A DNA stretch of 64,000 nucleotides from positions 1 to 64,000 of the forward strand of contig NIVC01001604.1 of assembly GCA_002269645.1 (NCBI GenBank), in the 5' to 3' direction. The translations under genes and the position numbers were made by a program. Shown here in pieces: positions 57,701 through 64,000 of this stretch. Numbering within the stretch: position 1 is the stretch's first letter; each line of letters begins with the position of its first letter. The notes under the pieces were generated by a model. It made no database searches. It was not told the origin of the DNA and saw only the letters and a list, made by a program, of their open reading frames with translations. Source of the DNA: Macrostomum lignano (Eukaryota).

Positions 57701-58067
57701 ACCCGAAGCTGCTGAGCCGCCGATCGCAGACCCCGCCCGCCTTCGCGAGGTCGCCCTGGCCACCGCCGAGAACATCGCCTTGCTGGCTCGCGACCTGTCC
57801 AGATCGCCGCCCTCCTACCGGGCTGAGCTGGCCGTCTCCTGTCTGTCCTGGCGCCAGTTGGCCGCCTCCGGCGCCGACCGGCTCGGCAAGCAGCGCGGCG
57901 AAGTCAGCGACGACGAGGAAGAGGATCGCGGCGGAGCCCGCCGACGCTTTGCGGGGGATCAGCGGAGCTCTGATCGGAGGGCGCGGGACCGATTTGGCGG
58001 CGGTGGCGGCGGGATGCGAAGCCGTCGCGGTGGCGGCGGTGGCGGATGGCGAAGCAACCGGTGGTAG
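51702..58067 (+). CDS. API5: Apoptosis inhibitor 5, ~592 aa. Exons 51702-51791, 54477-54758, 55424-55837, 56820-56973, 57049-57361, 57542-58067
   Basis: KRLASQF...FKDFPE, DLVEDDDLNVRKQAI.DLP, LVNNAL, LNFSQIECLLFAFH, QVYLRSL and LSW motifs match API5. All introns are GT-AG and phase-compatible; alternative NAGNAG acceptor at 54473/54476. Confidence 0.92.
52205..52916 (+). mobile_element. tRNA-derived SINE with A-rich tail and ~12-13 bp TSD
   Basis: A-box-like TAGCCTAGCAG, B-box GGTTCAATTCC near 52605, tail ATAATAAAAA; flanks ACTTGGCCATTTC / ACTTGACCATTC. Confidence 0.6.
52225..52565. mobile_element. MITE family B: perfect 20-bp TIRs and 3-bp TSD (GCA)
   Basis: GCCATAGTCAGGAAGGTGGC ... GCCACCTTCCTGACTATGGC, flanked by GCA on both sides. 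Confidence 0.88.
54783..55380. repeat. 31-bp minisatellite (GCAGTTGATGCAGAATCCAGGGCTGGGAGCA) x~19 in API5 intron 2
   Basis: Period 31 (54961, 54992, ...). Confidence 0.95.
55915..56450. repeat. 24/22-bp minisatellite (TCATTTCCTGTGTCTTCACTTG[TG]) in API5 intron 3
   Basis: Directly visible. Confidence 0.95.
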
Positions 58068-59401
58068 ATGATAGGCTCCGAGCTTGACGATCTCGAAGTT
58101 GGTTTTATATAACCGACTAAAAGCATAGGTTTTTACTTAGTCGATTTGTTTTTTGTCCGTTTCTCTGTATTTATTACCAAAATTTAATAAGTCCATGCGT
58201 TCATCAAGCTGTCCGGTCTGTCGCAATCGCTAGTTTCAACAGGCTTGTTATAAACAGATGCGTTAGTAAATTGGTACCCGTCCAAACCATCTATATCTTA
58301 ATTTTATCCTTGTGTCACTGTTTTATGTATTAAAGTTATAAACGACTTGCTCTGTTTTATGTTCAAGCCATAGGATAGTCACCCACGAGTCGTTCCGTTC
58401 CCATCCCATACATCTCGTTGCAGCAATACCTGTATTCTGTATTTCCCAGTGTTCTGGTGTAGCTAAACTTGCAGACAGCTTTTCTGACTAGGCTGCAGTT
58501 TGCAGACAGCATTTAGCTCTGAATTTGTCCCTTGCTGTTGAGGCGGAAATTACTACGTGCACTATACATTTATTAGTTAACTAAGCGAATTAAAAATTGA
58601 TAACAATTAAGTAACAATGCCTACATCTAAGTTTACTTCCTTGCTCACCTAAAAAGAATTCTGTTGCAGTCTTGTTAATTTGGGGAAAGGTAGCTTTTTG
58701 GTAATATTTACTGATTTACTGAAGAAAAAACAAATAGTTTTTTTATTGCTTAGCTATCATGCATTTTGGGGGTTAAAGCAGATAAAAATATTTGTGTTCG
58801 TTTAACGCACAAATGGGACGATAAAGTATGGTCTAATTCAGTTAATTAAAGCAGTATTTAAATGATACGTATTAACTTCTTAAATATTTCAACATATTGG
58901 CTAATTTTTATCAATTGGCCAGGCAAGCCAGTCGAAGCAAATAACGGTACAATACCGACCGTATTTAGTCTAAGTAATTAGTAAGGCTTTTAAACTGTAG
59001 AATAAAATACAAAGTAAAAAATAATTATGTAATAAAATAATTCAAAACTCTTGTTGAATGAAATGCAGTAAAGTAAAGTAAACTTTGTTTTAAAAATATG
59101 TTTACACGTAATTTTTCGTATTTCGTGTGGCGAATCTGGCGATAGATTTATGGAGCCTTGCCTTGCATAGTCCATTTTGGTTTAAATACTGATTCATAAT
59201 TTCAAAACTTTTATTCTTTACCAGTTTTTTGCACGAACCTGTAGGCCTACGAAAAATTTATGTAGTTTTAAAACTAATGAGACTTGGGAGTTGACATTAA
59301 GAGTAAGTAAGATAAGTAAGAGTAAGACTAGGGCTGGGGCCTAAGACTTAGACTTATTTATGATGAAAACTAAGGCAGTAGGTCTACTATAACTAGGCCT
59401 A

Positions 59402-59970
59402 GCCACCTGTATAACTTTCGCCGACACATTTTCAGACAGATCTTCCAACACTTTTTTACGACACTTAAAATGTTGAAGAAACAGTTCTTGTATCTTGCTC
59501 CCATGAAGGGATCTTTTAAACAGGGAAACAGGGAAATGTTTCTCAAATCACAAACTTACATTTAATGGTTTGATCTACTGTATTTATCTGACTGAAGAAT
59601 AATTTGAATGAATCTGTCATGTACTGCAGGCTGCTGTGTAGTGTGTACTTAACAAACATACATGTAAGCTAAAAAAATTAAATGCAGTAAAGTAAAAGAT
59701 TGCCGCTTACATGGATAGTACGAGCTACATGTACATCACCTAGCTCTAAGAAGTGACATTTTAAGTGTCGGAAGATGTGTTGGCAGAATTTAACCATATG
59801 ACACTTTTTCAGACACTTTTTGCAGCATTAATTTAAGTGTCAGAAAATATGTGTTGGCAAATGTCAACTGTTACAACACTTTTTTGGACATTTTTTGCAA
59901 CATTTTAAGTGTCATAAAAAGTGTCGGAAGATCTGTCTGAAAATATGTTGGCAAAAGTTATACAGGTGGC
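59402..59970. mobile_element. MITE with ~72-bp imperfect TIRs starting GCCACCTGTATAAC and 3-bp TSD (CTA)
   Basis: 59402-59473 is the inverse of 59899-59970; CTA on both sides. Confidence 0.85.
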
Positions 59971-61815
59971 CTAGCCTAGTCAAACATTTTAAAGCAATAA
60001 ACTATGTCTAGCAGTTAGGTTAGGACTGAATAGCATTGTGACTATTTTAAAATTCGTGTAGTCCTATTGGCATTGCGTAGGCCTAATGCACACTGCTAGG
60101 CTAGGCCTCCTCATGCATTAGACTATTGATTGCTAGGGGGCCTACAGTCTGGGTTTTTTGGGCCATATGCAGTTTTTTGGCCCCTTAAAAATCTCATTGG
60201 CAACTGGATGTTTTTGGCATCAGAGGCCAATCTAGAAACTTAATTTTCCCTATGCCAGTTGCCAATTTCAAAAAAATGATTTTGTAGGGCCTAAGTATAA
60301 TATAACTATAACTATAATATAAAATATACACATAAATACTAACATCATATTTAATATTTTGTTGGCAGACAAAATGACTAAATTGTATTTTTGCAGAGTA
60401 GCAAACAGTATGGCAGCAGACAAAACAACTGTCAACCATTTTATTTTCTCAGTCTTAGGCATTCCTAGTATTAGAAAGTCACGGCTTCTAAATGTTATAT
60501 TGCCCTGAAAGAGACAATTTACTGCTCTGAGGTGTTTTACTACTTTGTGGTGATCTATTTCTCTGGGCAATCTTTTGCTCTCAGGCAATTTACTACTCTA
60601 AGATGGATGTTTTATTGCTCTGAGGCAATCTATTGCCCTAAGGTGATCTATTGGTCTGACTCTCCCTTTGAGGTAATTTTTGCTTTCTAATGGATCTTAA
60701 TTTTCCCAGTTGGGGCTTTTAATTCTTAATAAATAAATAAGTCAAAAAACTTCTTATAGATTAGATTTAGTGAGTAATAAATTTTGCTTGCAAGTTTGCA
60801 GGTTTGTAGATCTCTGCAAGTTAGCAAGTTGCTTTCCTTGGCCTACTCAGGGCTACTATTTATATTAGTTGAGCAGTCTATTTAAAAGAAATTTATTTGC
60901 AAAGTATTATTTTATATCACAACATATGCTAATAATAATAGGCCTATTCATTCCTTATTTATATTATAAGTTACTATGCAAATAAACAAGGTATTATTGG
61001 CATGGTGCTATATAGATAAGGCCCTAATATTGTTGTTATTGGCATTGGATTATAGGAATAAATATTGCCTGTTTTCTATATCTATATCTATAGCCACATC
61101 TCAATTTTTTCTTATAGACTAGGCCTAGCCTATTTGTATCCATACAGCTATATATCTATATCCCTATCCATAGCTAGTAAACTTCTTATAACTTTTTTGC
61201 TATTGTTGTAATATACTATTTGCATTAAGTGTTAGGACTTAAGGTTGGATAATATCATATTTTCAATTTTTAAGACTTGAGATCTATTCTTTTGAGACAA
61301 CCAAGATTTGATTGATATTTGTGATTAATCCTAATTAGCATCTAGTAATAGTAGGCCTATTGACACTATTCTCTTTATCAATGCTAATAATAAAAGGAGA
61401 ACTAATTATTATATAATTAAGCTTGTTAGTAACTTGATATATATTAAATATAAATATGATAATATCATAGTCACCAATAGTCAGAGTCATAAATCTTGAC
61501 TTTTTTGAAATATCAAAACTGATATCAAGATTTCAAAAAGTGCCAAGATCTTAATGGTTAAGATTGAGATCAAGATCTTGTCTAATTCCTAATTAGGACA
61601 TCTAACTATTGGCTATTATAGCTATAAAAATAAAACCTTAAATAGTATTCTGCAAAATGTATTTGTGGCATTCAACATAGATCAATTTAATTGCCTTTTT
61701 GACTATTATCTTTCCTCTCTTCTTTTCCCTTTTTCTTTTTTATTTCATTTCTTTGCCCTCTTTTGTTCTCCTTTCTCCCCTCTCCTATTGCAGCTAATGA
61801 CCATTATTTATACAT

Positions 61816-61969
61816 GCGCAACCTTGGGATTCACCCGGCTGTTTCTATTGGCAACACACATGTAAGTTGCTATTGGCTGAGAGTAGTCACATGACTACTA
61901 TTCTGTCCAATAGCAACTTACATGTGTGTGTTGCCAATAGAAATGGCCAGGTGAATCCCTAGGTTGCGC
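61816..61969. mobile_element. Palindromic MITE family A, intact 154-bp hairpin
   Basis: GCGCAACCTTGGGATTCACC...GGTGAATCCCTAGGTTGCGC; arms pair over about 60 bp. Confidence 0.85.
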
Positions 61970-63430
61970 CCAAGCATGCCATTATTGCAGATAGAATTTG
62001 GTACAAATTGGCCTCTGGCAGTGTAAGTACAGTCTGACAGACTGGTACAGTTTGGCATAGGAAAATGGGGTCATCTGGTGCAGTTTAGACCTTGGCTATA
62101 ATAGGGTCTCTTCCCCTCTCCCCTTTCTTCTCTCTTCTCCCCTTCTCTCTCCTTTTTTTCTTTCTCTTCTCCCCTTCTTTCCCTCCCCTTGCTCCTCATA
62201 TCTTTCTTATAATGTTTAAGTAACTAAAGTAATAGTCTCCTATTCTTATTGAGATCTTCTATGAGAGAGACAGCCTGCTTATCAGTTCTTAAGAAGCCTC
62301 ATTTGCAATCTAGCCTTTTTAATTATGGCAAATACTAGTCAGCTTCCCCATTGACTTCATTTATCTTAACTTTAGCCCCCAACAACCAACTAAAACATGC
62401 ATGTGGGATTAAAACTCTCTTGTTGAAGTCCCCAACCCCAAGGACCCCATTGAGCTCCCCTCCCTGAAAGTGAAAATATTCATCTTACATTATTTCCTTA
62501 CCTTCCCAACCCCATCCTAGTCCTTGATCCCAGAGACTTAAGGGCTCCCTCTACATTGAAAGTGAAAATATTCATTTTAACTTTAGCCCCCACTACCCAA
62601 CTACAATATGTGCTCATAAAAATGGTATTGAAAATCTATTGCTTAAGTCCTAAATTCTAGAGACTATAATATTTATACTAGAATTAAATTTTTAACATAA
62701 ATATACAATACTGTTAGCCTCATATAAGAATCATATAGTTGGTATAGGAGCTATAATAATAAGTAAGAATATCAATACTAGTAAAAATATGAAGATTCTA
62801 AATATAATTATATATTTAAACAAGTAGTCTATAGCAATAGGTCTTTAAAAAGAAAGGTACTAGGCCTAATTCAGTGACAATGCTATTGATTAAAGAATGT
62901 GTTCTTTGTATAAAAATACACCTTATTTTACCTTATTTTGTTATTAATATAATAAACACTTTGACACTTTTTTTGCTACCATTGAACATTGAAATTAAGA
63001 AATAGTTTTGCTTAAGTGACCTATAATAAGGCCTCTATAGATTAACACGAGTAGAAGCGAACTGAATGCATCTACCAATGCTCTTAGAACTCAACTCCAT
63101 TGCAGACATAACACTATTCTCATTGCAGGGAACCTTGGCTAACCAAATTTACATTAGAATAGCCTATAAGGCTTCTATATAGACTATAGAGTATCTTTAA
63201 AAAAGACAAAAATATACATCAACTTAATAGAATCATTTAAAATCCCATCTTGTTTGTTGTGCTAAACCCTGGTGGTATAAATATGAGTTAAATTCCTCAA
63301 TTTACCCTAATTTTTATATTTTAAATTAGGGTTGCAGAGTTGACCATGAAAATAACATAGTATTTATTTTTTACAATTTTATTATTTTTACTCTGGTAAT
63401 CCTGCATTTGCAGCTGTTTGAGCTGTCCAG

Positions 63431-63601
63431 CAGTTGCAACTCATCGTCAGATTTGCTCAGAGATTTCTAATTAACCAAAGCGCTGCAATGTCTGCCATAT
63501 TGTTTCCCAACGAGCCGCGGGCGCAGTTCCCCAATGCCAGCCGCGACGAACAGGAGTACATCAAGTACTTGTGCGGAGTCAAACTGACCGATGCCGGCTC
63601 T
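63431..63601 (+). CDS. Putative internal exon of an unidentified host gene
   Basis: Open, relatively GC-rich frame (QLQLIVRFAQRF...QEYIKYLCGVKLTDAGS) in AT-rich DNA with CAG acceptors and a GTGAGT donor at 63602; product not recognised. Confidence 0.4.
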
Positions 63602-63789
63602 GTGAGTCTCGCGCTGTTTGTGGGTTGCTCAACTTGCATTTGGGCTTCTGTGATTTCTATTCGATAGCTGGCAAATATTAATTCAATCGGCTTGCCCTGT
63701 TTCTTAAATCACTTGTGCAATGAGTCAAATATAGAGGAGAAAAAACTTTTCAAAAGACACTAGGTTAGGCTTAGTGGGCCACCGCCGCA

Positions 63790-63960
63790 GCGCCAGCCTC
63801 CCAGATCCTCAGTTGCTGTACCAGCCTCCCAGATCCTGAGTTGCTAGGCCAGCCTCCCAGATCCTCAGTTGCTGGGCCAGCCTCCCAGATCCTCAGTTGC
63901 TAGGCCAGCCTTCCAGATCCGGAGTTGCTGGGCCAGCCTTCCAGGTCCGGAGTCGCTGGG
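63790..63960. repeat. ~28-bp minisatellite (CCAGCCTCCCAGATCCTCAGTTGCT...) x~6
   Basis: Directly visible. Confidence 0.85.
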
Positions 63961-64000
63961 CCGCTGTCACCCTCTGGGATCTGCTTCAGATTGTGGAATT

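Overview
Eukaryotic (invertebrate metazoan) genomic DNA; the NPF neuropeptide gene and minisatellite-filled introns suggest a spiralian such as a free-living flatworm (inference only). 1-26.7 kb: the right-hand part of a Polinton/Maverick (adintovirus-like) endogenous DNA virus. It carries an A32-like packaging ATPase, a coiled-coil protein, a GasderminX-like membrane protein, adenain protease, protein-primed PolB, a GG-cleavable hydrophobic core protein, an rve integrase, a parvovirus-type PLA2, a spliced RING E3 gene and a palindromic repeat array, with a probable right terminus ...CTACT. A 10.5 kb segment (1579-12092 = 16177-26704, including 337 bp of host flank) is directly duplicated on both sides of a tyrosine-recombinase (Ngaro/DIRS-like) retrotransposon (12093-16176). 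Capsid genes and the left TIR are not in the window. 26.7-64 kb: host DNA with three genes reconstructable exon by exon: an NR4A/HR38 nuclear receptor (+, ~32.8-39.5 kb), an NPY/NPF precursor (-, 47129-47905) and API5 (+, 51702-58067). The host part also has a 1.9 kb (TCTG)n array, many intronic minisatellites, a gypsy integrase fragment, MITEs and SINEs. An unexplained 42.5-46.3 kb block holds a 15x CCAAT array, a PC4-like ORF and a dense AP-1/MEF2/CRE/kappaB/TATA promoter flanked by decayed ORFs. Most frameshifts are 1-bp homopolymer indels that differ between the two copies and may be sequencing errors. All family calls come from motif recognition by eye; no searches were run.
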